Assembly (NCBI GenBank): GCA_964036045.1
Contig: OZ038378.1
Span: forward strand, 179,614,001 to 179,678,000
Origin: Eutreptiella sp. 'Long Island Sound 2002'
Taxonomy: Eukaryota; Protista; Euglenida
Length of the DNA stretch: 64,000 bases
Reading direction: 5' to 3'
A program made the translations under genes and the position numbers. The notes beneath the pieces were generated by a model, which did not search any database, had not been told where the DNA came from, and worked only from the letters and a program-made list of their open reading frames with translations. Shown one piece after another: positions 35,395 through 46,690 of this stretch. How positions within the stretch are numbered: position 1 is the first letter of the stretch; each line of letters begins with the position of its first letter.

Positions 35395-36110
35395 GGGGTC
35401 CTAGCACAGCGCGCACACAGCACGCACATGCCAGGGAGAAATTGGGGGTTTTTGCTACTATTGGCAATATTCTTGCCTGTATAGACCATACTACACCCCC
35501 ACCATGTTGGACAGCCTCATGTTTCACCCCACCCCCACCCCCCAAGCCTCCCAGGTCCCCGAATGATGCCACCCTTCCAGCCTCCTTCCACTTCTGGGAA
35601 ACCCACCCCCTTCCATATCCTTCGGAATGTGTTTCCCTTTGCCCACTTTCAAAATCTGTCTAACAACCCAGGGCGCTCTAGGCTGGAGTGGGGGATAGTC
35701 CGGCTTCTCCCCCTTCCAAAAATTCAGACGTGCCGTTCAGAATTCTTCCTGGTTAACCTCCCGTTGACGAGGCCCACATTTACATACTCGGAATCCAAAT
35801 CCAAATTCTTGATAGATACCATGAACCTATAGAAAAGGATGCACAACAACACACATAAATGCACTAAAATGAGGGCAAGGCATGCAAACAACTCATACAA
35901 ATGCATAACAGGGCTCATTGGTACCGGTACTAGGCACTGCTATGGGGCTTGGGTATGGTCCTGCACAAACTTTGTGCACAAGGGGCGCACAGCGCGCAAG
36001 ACAACCCCTTTGTCACTAGGTACACTTGTGCCTCATAAACGTTCGAGTCCAATGTTAATCACTTGTAGCAAACTCTAGCCAAAATCTGTTTGTTCTCAGA
36101 CCCGATGGCA
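35395..36110 (+). mobile_element. Repeat family B copy; an inverted copy lies at about 46150-46690
   Basis: Blocks ggcaatattcttgcc...accatactacaccccca and gggctcattg...actaggcact...cacaaactttgtgcaca occur reverse-complemented, in the same order, at about 46520-46360 and 46245-46150. Confidence 0.75.
35560..35810 (-). pseudogene. Protein-coding fragment homologous to 14860-15264
   Basis: DYPPLQPRAPWVVRQILKVGKGKHIPKDME versus VPKVIEQILRFGKGSHLPRDEE. Confidence 0.55.
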
Positions 36111-37260
36111 CACCATAAGTCCTAGGTAGGGGCATAGAATCCGTCAAATCGGTATGTGGCAAAAGGAGGATAATGTCAAAATCGATCCTTTAACTCCTGT
36201 GTGATGCTTTGCACACAAAAAAGGTCTTTTACGTAGGGCTGGCCCAAAGAGCCCCTTGTGGAATCCCCCTGCTCAAGATTTGGAGGGGCTCTTCCCCCCT
36301 CCCCCCAACAAAATTTTTTTCTACCATCCTGATCCCATTCAAGCTCCCCGACAGAACGCAGCGACCCAATGCAGCATGCCAAGGGAAGAACGGGTGACTG
36401 TCCAGGGCCCCATGTAGAAACAGCAACCCAACGGAATGTCACACAGGGGATGAATCCTACACCATGCACCAAAATACCAGTGACACCACAATCAAAAACC
36501 TCCAAAATGGGCGTACATGGCGTTCATGGCTGCACTTGATCTACCAACCTCCCCCCAAAACACCTCTGCCCCCCTCCCCCCTTTTGGGAGACCATAACCC
36601 CCCCCCCCCCCCGCATGGACCCTTAAGCCTCCAGGCCCTTCCAAAGTACTCCAGCACCCATGATGGAGACATGGAACCAAGTACAGCACAATAGATGCTA
36701 CTCCCCACGATGGTTGCGAGGTCACAACACAAATTGGGTTGTTGACACTGACGGCGAAGAAGTGTGAAACACACAAAGTGCCACTGTCCTCACATGGAGT
36801 ATGAGGTTTTGTGGGACCAGGAGGACCGTGAATAAACCAACCCTCCAGAGCCCACAAGGAAGTAACAGCAGTCATGCAAAGGATTCAACAGCATCCTTCC
36901 ACAACCCTCCAGGAATTGACAGTAGTCTCTTGGAATGAACAGCGATAACCCCGAAACCCTGTACCACCCTGTACTACTGCAACCCTTCCCCTCCCCATCC
37001 TAGACCCCCATGCAAAAAAAAGTTCTACAATTATGGGTGTACACAAATTCTTTTGGACCAAAAATTTTCTACAAATTGGTGTCCACAAGAATTAGTCTGA
37101 AAATTGTTGAAAAGGGCGCTGCCCAGTGGCCCAAAGCGCCATCCTAGGAGGGGGGGCGGGGCTGTGCAACAGGGTCTCCTTGGGCCCCTCCCGACATTTA
37201 AATTTTCTCCCACCCTCATGCTCTGCTCATGAGGTGCAGTCATGGAACATGGCTTTGTTA

Positions 37261-37261
<1 letters not shown>

Positions 37262-37347
<86 letters not shown>
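37262..37347 (+). repeat. (CA)43 microsatellite
   Basis: Read directly from the sequence. Confidence 0.95.
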
Positions 37348-37349
<2 letters not shown>

Positions 37350-38884
37350 CATTGCCACTTGTGGCAGAGTCCGTCAAGGGCGGCGGAGAATGCGCCTCAC
37401 TTGCACTGATCCCAGCACAATTGAGGGGCTCTGCTCACAGAAGCCACGGCACACAGGAAACCAGAATGGTCAAAGGAGAGAAGTGCGGGTGCACAGGGCA
37501 CTGGCAGCACAACCGAGCGTAATCGGGCTCTTGGGGGCTGTCACATCAGAGTTGACAGAATGCAGAAAAAAATATGCCTGAAGCTTGTTTTCCCCACATG
37601 CATAGCGGTAAAGGCACCACCCCAAGTTGCGCCAGTGGGTGGGCAAACAAATCTTGAGGGCAGGGATAGGGTGGTAACCAGCTTGGACGTGGGTGGTCAT
37701 CAAGACCACGGCCCATGAGCACAAAACTGGCACGTTTGGGCAACAAACCCCTGACCAACAGCATTTAGGCTACGTTGGTTCATTTCCATATGAGGGTGCT
37801 GCATGGGCCAGCTCACCCTCCGTTCTTTACAAAGTGTTCTGCAACTAAAACAACGCAAGTGTTTTGAAGTCTCTGGTGTGCACAAAACCCGTGTGTTTCT
37901 CCGCATGGCAATGGTGTAAACCCAGGGGCCACAGTGAGACAAAACCCGCTTGAAATTACTGCACTCGACCACCCCCTGGTCAAATGGCGCTTTTCCAGAC
38001 ACCTCTCTTTTTTACTTGACAGAACTGTCTCGCAGCATTGTGGGGGGGGGGAGGGGGGGATACTACTGATCCATGCACACAGCGTTCTTCCAAAAAATTT
38101 TGCCCAAAACTTTCCAGCCCCGAATTTGCCTTCAATTCTTTTTGTTCTGTCTTGCTGCTGCAGTACTGAGTCTTGCTGCTGCTAACCAAAAGCCTTGGGG
38201 GGGGGGGGGGGCGATGGCTCTTCGTTGCCTCAGTGGGGGTCCATTAGTGGCAGGGGGTTTTGGCATGGCAGGGCACATGGGTTAGTAACATTCGGGCAGT
38301 TGGGCTGTTCGGAGTGTCTTCTGGCCTCTTTGCTATATGACTGCTGTGCAAACAAAAAGATCTCGGGATGGTAGCCATAGGTTGTCAGAGCAAAGATCTG
38401 CTGCATGTCAATATGGTTTTTTGCCAGGTCTATCTCCACAAGATGTTGAGAGCACCCAAAATCAAACGCGCAAACAGGCAGTCTGAGCTGGAGGCTCCAT
38501 TGATCACGCCATTGATTTGTTTCTGCAAATTGGCGTAAGGGCGGCTAAGGGATCCATAGAGCCCCTACACCGTATCCCAGCCTCCCCTTAATAAGAAGGG
38601 CTCCTGACACCCGGGAAACCAAGTCCTCAGACGGCTGTTGCATGCAACAAAATTCGTTTTGTGACGACGAGCCCCGCAATGGAAAGCCTTCTCTGCCTGC
38701 CGCATGTCAGAAGAGCGGGGGAGTCGAAGTCTCGCGGTTGACAGACAGAGGACACCCACAAATGGGACTGAGAAAGGGCTGTACCTCCTGCGTGTGTGCC
38801 TGCCCCCCTCCCCCCCAAAAAAGTGCGTGTACGCCTCGACTTGAATTCCACAGCGTGTGTCGTTCTGATGGTGCCTGCATGACC

Positions 38885-39142
38885 ATGGCAGACAGCACAG
38901 AGGCTCTTGTGCTCGCGTTGGAGAATGCCCTGGAGGCCGATGACGACGCGCAAATACGAACCGCGTACACGAACCTTGGGCTGGCCAACTATGCCCACAA
39001 ACGGTTTGCCGAGGCGGTGGACTGCTTTGAAGACCAGATCCAGTTCATCACCAGCCGCAAGCCCCTGCACCTCCTCAAAGAGGGGGAGCTGACGTCCTTG
39101 TCCTTCGCGTACCGCTTGCTAGCGCTGCTGTACAGCGAACAG
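38885..39142 (+). CDS. TPR-containing protein, exon 1
   Basis: MADSTEALVLALENALEADDDAQIRTAYTNLGLANYAHKRFAEAVDCFEDQI fits the TPR AY.NLG..Y....EA...F pattern. Upstream acceptor-like ttccacag. Donor CAG|gttgcc at 39143. Alternative ATG at 38879. Confidence 0.85.
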
Positions 39143-41298
39143 GTTGCCCCCATGAGTCCCTCTTACGCAGGTCCGTATGTCGTCCCCAGCACAGCGCATT
39201 GAGTTTAGGGGTGCGCAGGAGGGGCTGGGGAGGGGAAGCGGGGCTGCAGAACGATCTGCTGTGGGCTTAGGGCAGGTGTGTCCACAGTGGTTGTGGTGAT
39301 CTTCACTTCGCAACAAACGACATTTGTTTAGCGCCTCGTCTTGCTAATGTGGCGCTCAAAACATGGATGGTTTGATAAAAGGGAAGCATGCACAAAAAAA
39401 TTTCGGCACCGTTGGCGCCATGGCCCCGACACCACTATCTCTCAAAACCCGGGGGGGGGGGGGGGGGGGGGGCTAGGGCGCTGGGGGGGTCCCATACAAG
39501 GAACGGACCCGGCCGCCCCCCCGTGGCCCCCAGACTGTGGACGGCGTGCTTGGCGGTGCAGTGTTTCCGCTGCTTGCCGTGGGCATTTTCCCCTCGGCGC
39601 CACCCGCAGCATTATAAATGGCAAGTGCCAGTGCCCCCACTCCAACAGGATGATGTTTGGGGCTATTCAAATTGGGGGGACCACCTTTGAGCTTGCCACG
39701 TACCTTCAAGTCTATGGCCACATGAGAAGAGACGGTGAAGGCGCCGCGTGTTGTGGATCAAACATGGCCACACTTGGGACGGGGCAAACACGGGACACAA
39801 TGCACATGATCGAGCTTAGGTCACAGGTTGGATGTAGTTAGGCCAGCAAAGGGACACAAATGGCTGCCGCCGTTTCGTCTTTTTGGTAACACCGCCTAAT
39901 GCCTCTCCTGCAGGATGTGTGCTGCCCTGAACTTTTGGCTACCATTTCCCCTTGAGGTTCGGATGAGGCGTGAGTGCCCTGGGGTGGACGGGCTTTCAAC
40001 TGGGGGGGGGGGGGTTGGTATGATACAGCCCTCTGGCTTGACCCCCCCCCCCAAAAAGCTCAATTGACGGGCCCCCCAATTTCCTACCGAGACTGACCTC
40101 CGGGCCCCGGAGGACACCCAGACCCAAAATTCAGCAAAAATTTGATCATTGTCACTGCTCAAAATTTTTTTTGGCGCCAAGAGTTCATAATAACTGATTG
40201 ATGGTCCTGTCAATTGACCCCCCCCCCCGCCCGCCGTTTTGACGGGCTCTAAGCTGCTGAATCCTGGTGTGGACATCACTACTGCAGTCCTCGGGCGGTG
40301 AAATGTGGTTCAAAGTTGCAGATCAGGCTATGATCTGCAGCCCCTGCTTCACAACAGCCACCAGCAGCTTCCCAAATTCGCCCCAGACACACATCCCCCT
40401 GGAGGTATGCATGTGGTAGTAGTGGATTGTGCGTAGGCCCCCCCACCTTGGGAACCCCCTCCCCCACGGCTGACCCCCCCCCCCCCAACACCCTCCAGCC
40501 GACCCCCCCCCAAAGTTTTGACAGATAGCTGGGGGGGGTGTCGCATCCGGACCGGTTGTAGTCGCCCCCCCCCCCGGGCTGGGGGCACGCCTCCACAGAG
40601 CACACCCAAGTGCGTGAAACCGAAAGCACCAACCTGCACACCTGTTTAAGCCCCCCCCCGCCGCCGCCGTGTTGAATAGTCCTCAGCTATGCTTGACGGA
40701 TTTGGCGGTGCCACTTTTATACGTTGCTGCATTGCTTTACTGTAGTGCAAGGGCAGAGATTTCGGATCCAAAAACGGCCCAAAGGGGTCTCCAAGAAGCC
40801 GCATTTGGTGTCTTCGGTGTGTTCGATGGTCATGTGACCCTTGTTGTTCAGGACCCGCCTATGCACAAACGGTGATAGGGCACCAGCTGCGCTCGGGGCC
40901 AAGCAATGCCCAGGCAAGTGCATGTAGTTGTGAGCTCGACTCCCCACTTGGCGTGCCCCTTTGAAGGAACGTTGTGTTGATCAGCTGATTTACTTTTCTG
41001 AGTCCCTTTACGTTCATGGTTTGCTACTGATGAGCGTCCTGTTGCTGCTGCTGCTTCTGCTGCTGGAGATGGTGCTTCTGGTTTGGTTGGTGGTGGTGGT
41101 CGTGGTGGTGGTGTCATTGTTGGTTGCTGCTGCTGTTGAGGTTGCGGTAGCGGTTGTTTTATTGTTGGTGTGTTGTTGTTTTGAGTTTTGGTGTTATTTC
41201 TGGTGGTGAGGGAGGAAGGTGCCGCTGCTGTTTTTGCATGAAGAATTTCCACATGGTCAACAACGACTGATTCTTCAAATACTCGTTTTATGCTGCAG

Positions 41299-41529
41299 GG
41301 AGATCCTAGGCTCGCTGAGACCTACAACCAGAGGTGCCAGGAGATTGAGATGGACATCTGCCTGTCGTGCTTCGACGCTGATGACTTGGATAACCCTCCG
41401 GATTTTTCAACGCTCCGGGACCAGCTCATTGCGGACCGCGAGCGGATTGCGCCGATGCTGCTCAAGTCCCCCAAATTTCCCGAGTTTCTGAATGCGATGC
41501 TGCTGTTCACGAATGACGTCTGCGAACAG
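41299..41529 (+). CDS. TPR-containing protein, exon 2
   Basis: Acceptor gctgcag|. Phase-0 junction gives LYSEQ|GDPRLAETYNQRCQEIE, completing a second TPR-like repeat. Donor CAG|gtgctg at 41530. Confidence 0.85.
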
Positions 41530-42069
41530 GTGCTGCGTTCAAATCTGCATATGAGCCCCAGTAGTTCCTAATGAGATTCTGCTTGGCTCGTCCACACGGA
41601 TATCAATTGCTGGCAGTTGATGGTTCACCGCCGGTTGACCGTTTGATGGTTTATCGCCGGGTTGCTCATCGACCGATGGTGTTCGGCGGTCGAGTGAAGT
41701 ATCTTGGGTGCCGGTTGCGATGGGACAAAACCTTTTTTTTTATTTGGTCCGGTGTCACAGCCCACAACCCCAGGGGGGCGCATCCGCAGTCCCGGGAGTC
41801 GGGGATCCCCCCTCTCTAGCCTTGTGGGCCTAGGGCCACACTCAGTTTGGCCATCTGTGTACATTCAACGTTTCTGTGTTCCTCGCGGGATCTGATGTGT
41901 CAGACACCATCCGAGCACAGTTAAAAGCCACTGCAGCTGCAGTTGTGGCCGCAGAAGCGGAACAAGTCTGATGTGAGTGCCAAGAAAGCGAGATCCTTCT
42001 GGCGGCCGAGGGTGATAAGGAGGAGGATGTGCTTCGGCACGCCACATGGCCTCCCTCGCACTTGCACAG

Positions 42070-42651
42070 GTACTTCAGGTTGTTGTGACGCTGTTGGCAC
42101 AACCGTACCCCAAGGTCGACCGCCGCGCATGCGAGCACATGGTCACCGTCGTGGGAGAGCTTCTGCGGTCGATCGTGGACGCGGATCTCTACCGGCGGTC
42201 GGAAAACCGGCTCCTGAAGATGTCGTGGGTGATCCTGCGCCTGCTCTGGCCCCGCGTCCCGTGGGTCTTCGACGAGCGCGTGCCGCTGATCGCGGTCGAT
42301 GGCTTCGTGCAGCGCCACGTGCCCCCAACGTCGAGCCTGCACGGCCTCTGGAACGACGTGCTCAAGGCCATCAATTACAACAACAAAAGCGCAAAAAACA
42401 GCGCGAAGGACACCGCAAGCTCGTCGTCGGACGCATTGGAGGACGCGCCCCGCGCGCACGCGGATGCGCGGCCACACAAGCCGACCCTGTCCCACGTCGC
42501 GCTGCGCCCGGCGAGGTCGTCCAGTGACCACACCCGGTCCCCGTCCCACCTGGTGCACACGAACTCCACGGACACCACGACGTATTCGTCGGATACTGAT
42601 ACGACAACTTTCGTGTCGTTGAATTCCGACGACGACTTTCCGTCGAGTTGA
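42070..42651 (+). CDS. TPR-containing protein, exon 3
   Basis: Acceptor cttgcacag|. VLQVVVTLLAQPYPK...DDDFPSS* with high GC3. Spliced product is 356 aa. An alternative acceptor 9 nt downstream is possible. Confidence 0.85.
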   Translation, partial: VLQVVVTLLAQPYPKVDRRACEHMVTVVGELLRSIVDADLYRRSENRLLKMSWVILRLLWPRVPWVFDERVPLIAVDGFVQRHVPPTSSLHGLWNDVLKAINYNNKSAKNSAKDTASSSSDALEDAPRAHADARPHKPTLSHVALRPARSSSDHTRSPSHLVHTNSTDTTTYSSDTDTTTFVSLNSDDDFPSS

Positions 42652-43006
42652 GCGGAGGGACGGGTTGGTTGAGTGGGCGTATCTGCAGCATGGGCAGCGA
42701 CCGAGCGCAATGCACCGCTGGACTGCTCTGGTGGCGGGGACCCACTGTCCCTGGCGCTAACAACAGGGCTGAGTGCCAGGGACTGAGCCCCGTACTTCCA
42801 GTTTGAGTCTACCGCGCAAAGAGAAAGGTGGAGAGAACTTTTATCAAGTTGCAAGAAACCACCAGGATGCCACACGCAGCACGCACTAGGCCCCCGACGT
42901 TGGCCTCGCACAGTCTCCGTGGAAACTGCTTTGGGCCTGATTGGGTGACTTGAAATGAGAACAAGGCCCGGCAGTAGTATTTGGCGGTAAGGAACATCAT
43001 TTTTCT

Positions 43007-43170
43007 CTTTCTACACATCTTGTGCCGCAGTGCATTCTATATCTGGCTTTCTTTGGTCACGCAGGCGTCTAAGGTTGACGAAAACTGTGCTTAGGACCGC
43101 GAGTATCACAGCGATCCCCCGTTGTGCGCCGCCCCACCGGGGGACAGATTCAACCGCAGCAGAGTCAGAC
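43007..43170 (-). mobile_element. Short interspersed repeat (probable 5'-truncated LINE end or SINE), copy 1
   Basis: Highly similar to 44533-44692. Both keep the minus-strand frame ...VFVNLRRLRDQRKPDI(E/K)C(T/A)AAQDV*. Confidence 0.7.
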
Positions 43171-44076
43171 GTTGTCTGTATGTCCCATGACGAATTACTG
43201 CACATGCCCCAAAGCCCCAAACCTCATCCAAAACTGAGCTGCAAAGGCTGTGTGCTGTGGCACAAAGGGCGCGGGGAATCCCCCCGTGACCATTCGTGTG
43301 ATCGAGGGGATGGGGTATTCGGGGTGGGGGCCGGGGGGTCACTGGACTGGGCCTGCGCGCAGCGGACCCCCTACTGAAGTGGGGCTTCATGCTGCAGGGC
43401 GGACCGGGGGGTCTTGCAGGGCCGGTCGAGACAGAGGTCGGTACATGCCCCCCCTGCACTGTCCACCCTCGAGGGTGGAAGCCGGATATCTGCAATGGCA
43501 CTGCGTGGCACCGCAGGTCTGGCCGCCGTTATTTTGCTGGGGGGGGTGGTCTGCTACCGACGCCTCTGCCCAACATCACTCACAACGAGGGCACACAGTG
43601 AAGCGGCAGCGCTGTCACTTGAGGGCGGCGGGGGCATAGGTGGGCCTGGAACTGGGTATCACAGACAGGGGTAGGGTTGTGGACAAAGAGAGCTGCACCT
43701 GCGAGGAAGTAGCTGCAACGCTCAGGGCATCAGTGTTGTGAGCAGAATGCGGCGGTGCTGGGGCGCCATCAGATGTTTGTGGTAGCAATTTGGTGTCTCG
43801 TGGCCCGGAACAGTCACAGTGTCACGCCATTCAACCGCTTGGGTTTTTGAGGGGGCTTGTTGCTGCTGTTGCTGTCGTCGTCATCGCCGTCGTTCTTCAT
43901 GTTGTTCTCGTCGTTGTTTGGCCGTCCATGCTGCTGTCGTTGCCGTTGCTATTGTGTATGTCACTGTGGTGTTGTGCAGCGTTCGGCAAGGGAATCACAA
44001 TGGAACACATGCAGATGGGATCACGGAAGTTCAAGAAAACCCTCAGCGGACGCTTCGAGGGTGCCCAAAGACGAAT

Positions 44077-44355
<279 letters not shown>

Positions 44356-44532
44356 CCTCTCTTGGTTTTTATGCACATCCTAATTGCGCAGTCTGACAGC
44401 ATGGAAACGATGCAAAGGTCGGACACGCGCATGGAGGTCGTTGAAAGGTTCCTCACACCTGCCCACACCTTCCCATGGGGAGGCTTGGATGGTGGCATTT
44501 CATTCATCCTCTGGTACACAAACCAATCGTCA

Positions 44533-44692
44533 CTTTCTACACATCTTGTGCCGCAGCACATTTTATATCTGGCTTTCTTTGGTCACGCAGGCGTCTAAGG
44601 TTGACAAAAATTGTGCTTGGGACCGCAAGTGTCACAGCGATCACTTGGTGTGTGCCGCCCCACCAAGGGACAGATTCAACCCCGCCGAGGTC
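44533..44692 (-). mobile_element. Short interspersed repeat, copy 2
   Basis: See 43007-43170. Confidence 0.7.
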
Positions 44693-46149
44693 TTGTCTGT
44701 TGCCGTCACCCCTCCTCAGGATGTCGGTGGTCCTGTGCATCGGAGATCATGTGCATCTGTGTCAAACGCACTGCATTGTGCATCCTGTGGCCTGTATCAG
44801 GCCTGTATGGGACGCTTCCTCAGAGGGCGCACATCCACATCGATGTCGTGGAGAGGGTCAGGAGAGCACCTTCAACGTGGTGGAGGTGCGATTATGGCAC
44901 GCAGCACAATGCCCCCCACGCACACACAAATGCGCACGTTCTGCAGTGCTCCGAGGGGATCGGTTCCACAAGCCTCGGGTGGACGGATCCGCCGAACACG
45001 GCTGCATGTGCAGCACATGGAATCCGAGCTCAGGGCCTGTTGTGGTTTGCATCCAGTTGTCCGTTCATTTGTAGGCAACTTCGCCGCCTGCCCCGCTCTC
45101 TCTGTAACAGCCACACGTGGCTGTGTTGCACTTTTATGGCAGTGGGCAGACGGACGATTTGTTTGCTGTCCCCGAGTACTCTGCACACTCGCTAGAGTTG
45201 AACCCTTCACTGCTCTGCGTGTGCCTGTCGGGCAACACGTGTCGTCAGGAAACCAAAAGCGCTTCGCTCGGGTCATTGTGTACCTGATCTTAATGACTGG
45301 ATCATGGCGCGCTCATGTGACCAAGCCCCGTCACGTCCCCGCAAAACCCAAGGCAAAGGGTTTGCTCGGGAACAAGATCTATTCCTGGGGCCAATGGTAC
45401 GCATCCGCCTACACCAGATGCGCCCCCCTTTGATTTGCTGTGTGTTCTCATGTATTCTGACCCCCGGACTATACCGCCCACATTGACGAGGTGGGCTGTG
45501 TGGCACGTAGCAGAGCCTGGTCGCCTTGGCTGTCCCCTATCAGCAGCCTGTGCATTGAATGCGGTGCCAGCCTCACACACGGTGGTTGGGACTGTTCCGT
45601 GGTATGACGGAACTATAAAACAGCCTCACCTCGGCTGCTCCGACAGTCAGACCCTCTGTCACTGACCTCACCCTCTCTCAACCATCCGCAAGCCGCCGGC
45701 TGTAGGCGTGCCACAGAACCTGTGCATACCATGAATCGTGGAGACCTGAAGTGTTCCCCAAACCGGATTCTTGCGGATAGCCTCCGAGCATCCTCCGAGC
45801 ATTCTCTTCGCCGTTCAGTGCCTTTGGTGTCAAGCACAACACGAGCACCACAGCTCATGATTTGGTAAAGCTATCTCGTCCCTAGCTGAAGACTGTTGCA
45901 CAGTGCTTGAAGGTTTGGAGGTTATGGTGTACTGCGCTCATCCATGTGCATGCAATGGAGGTGTACCGCATATAACACACTGTGTACCGGCCGGCAACAC
46001 AGTTCTCAATCGTGATGGAGCCAATATGAAAGCACAAGAATCATCAAAAGGGGGAACCAGTTTAATCTTCAACCATTTGACTCTGCCCTGGCCACCCTCA
46101 TTCCATTTCAAAACCACAAAAGCAGGCACAATTGATGTGTCAATGCGTG

Positions 46150-46690
46150 TCTATGGGGGCGTATTGCGCGCTGTGCCCGCGCTGTGCACAAAGTTTGTAC
46201 AGTACCATACCCAAACTGCATAGTAGTGCCTAGTATCAATAACAATGAGCCCAAGGTGCGGTCACCATCACCACCACCCTCTCCCAGTCAGCCCGGGCGT
46301 AGTCTCGTTGCATTGCTGGAGGCATTCGAGACATTTGGATGGGTTGGCGCCTATGACTAAGGGTTGGGGTGAAACATCAGGTTGTGCAACATTGTGGGGG
46401 TGTAGTATGGTCCACAGAGGCAAGAATATTGTCAATGGTAGCAAAAAATCCCCAATTTATCCCTGCAATGTGCGCGCCGTGCCCGCGCCGTGCGTGCTGT
46501 GGGCGCGCTGTGCACAAACGCCCTCTATGAAAACGTTTGCGCACCCATGAGTTGTGTGGTAACCGAAAGCATTTCAGGTTGTTGCTCCCAAACGACTCAC
46601 AGGCATTGGAGGGTCGTTGGTTCCCATACGCGATACCCCATGGCCCTTTATGGAACCCTCCCCCCCCCCTGCCCTCGGCCCACTTAGTTT
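46150..46690 (-). mobile_element. Repeat family B, inverted copy
   Basis: Reverse complement of blocks in 35395-36110. Confidence 0.7.

Noticed and set aside
36041-36050. tRNA B-box-like gttcgagtcc
   Set aside because: No A box, acceptor stem or cloverleaf can be built around it.
40992-41003. Euglenid spliced-leader-like sequence (acttttctgagt)
   Set aside because: Only about 11 nt match the leader as I recall it. The following GTCTATTTT and donor are absent, and the site lies inside an intron.
40960-41210. Pro/Gln/Ala-rich ORFs (40848-41252 minus, 40961-41209 plus)
   Set aside because: A cryptic TGG/TTG/CTG trinucleotide tract inside intron 1 of the TPR gene.
44384-45433. 349-aa plus-strand ORF
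   Set aside because: It runs across an interspersed repeat on the opposite strand, has Cys/Arg-rich non-protein-like composition and shows no recognisable motif.
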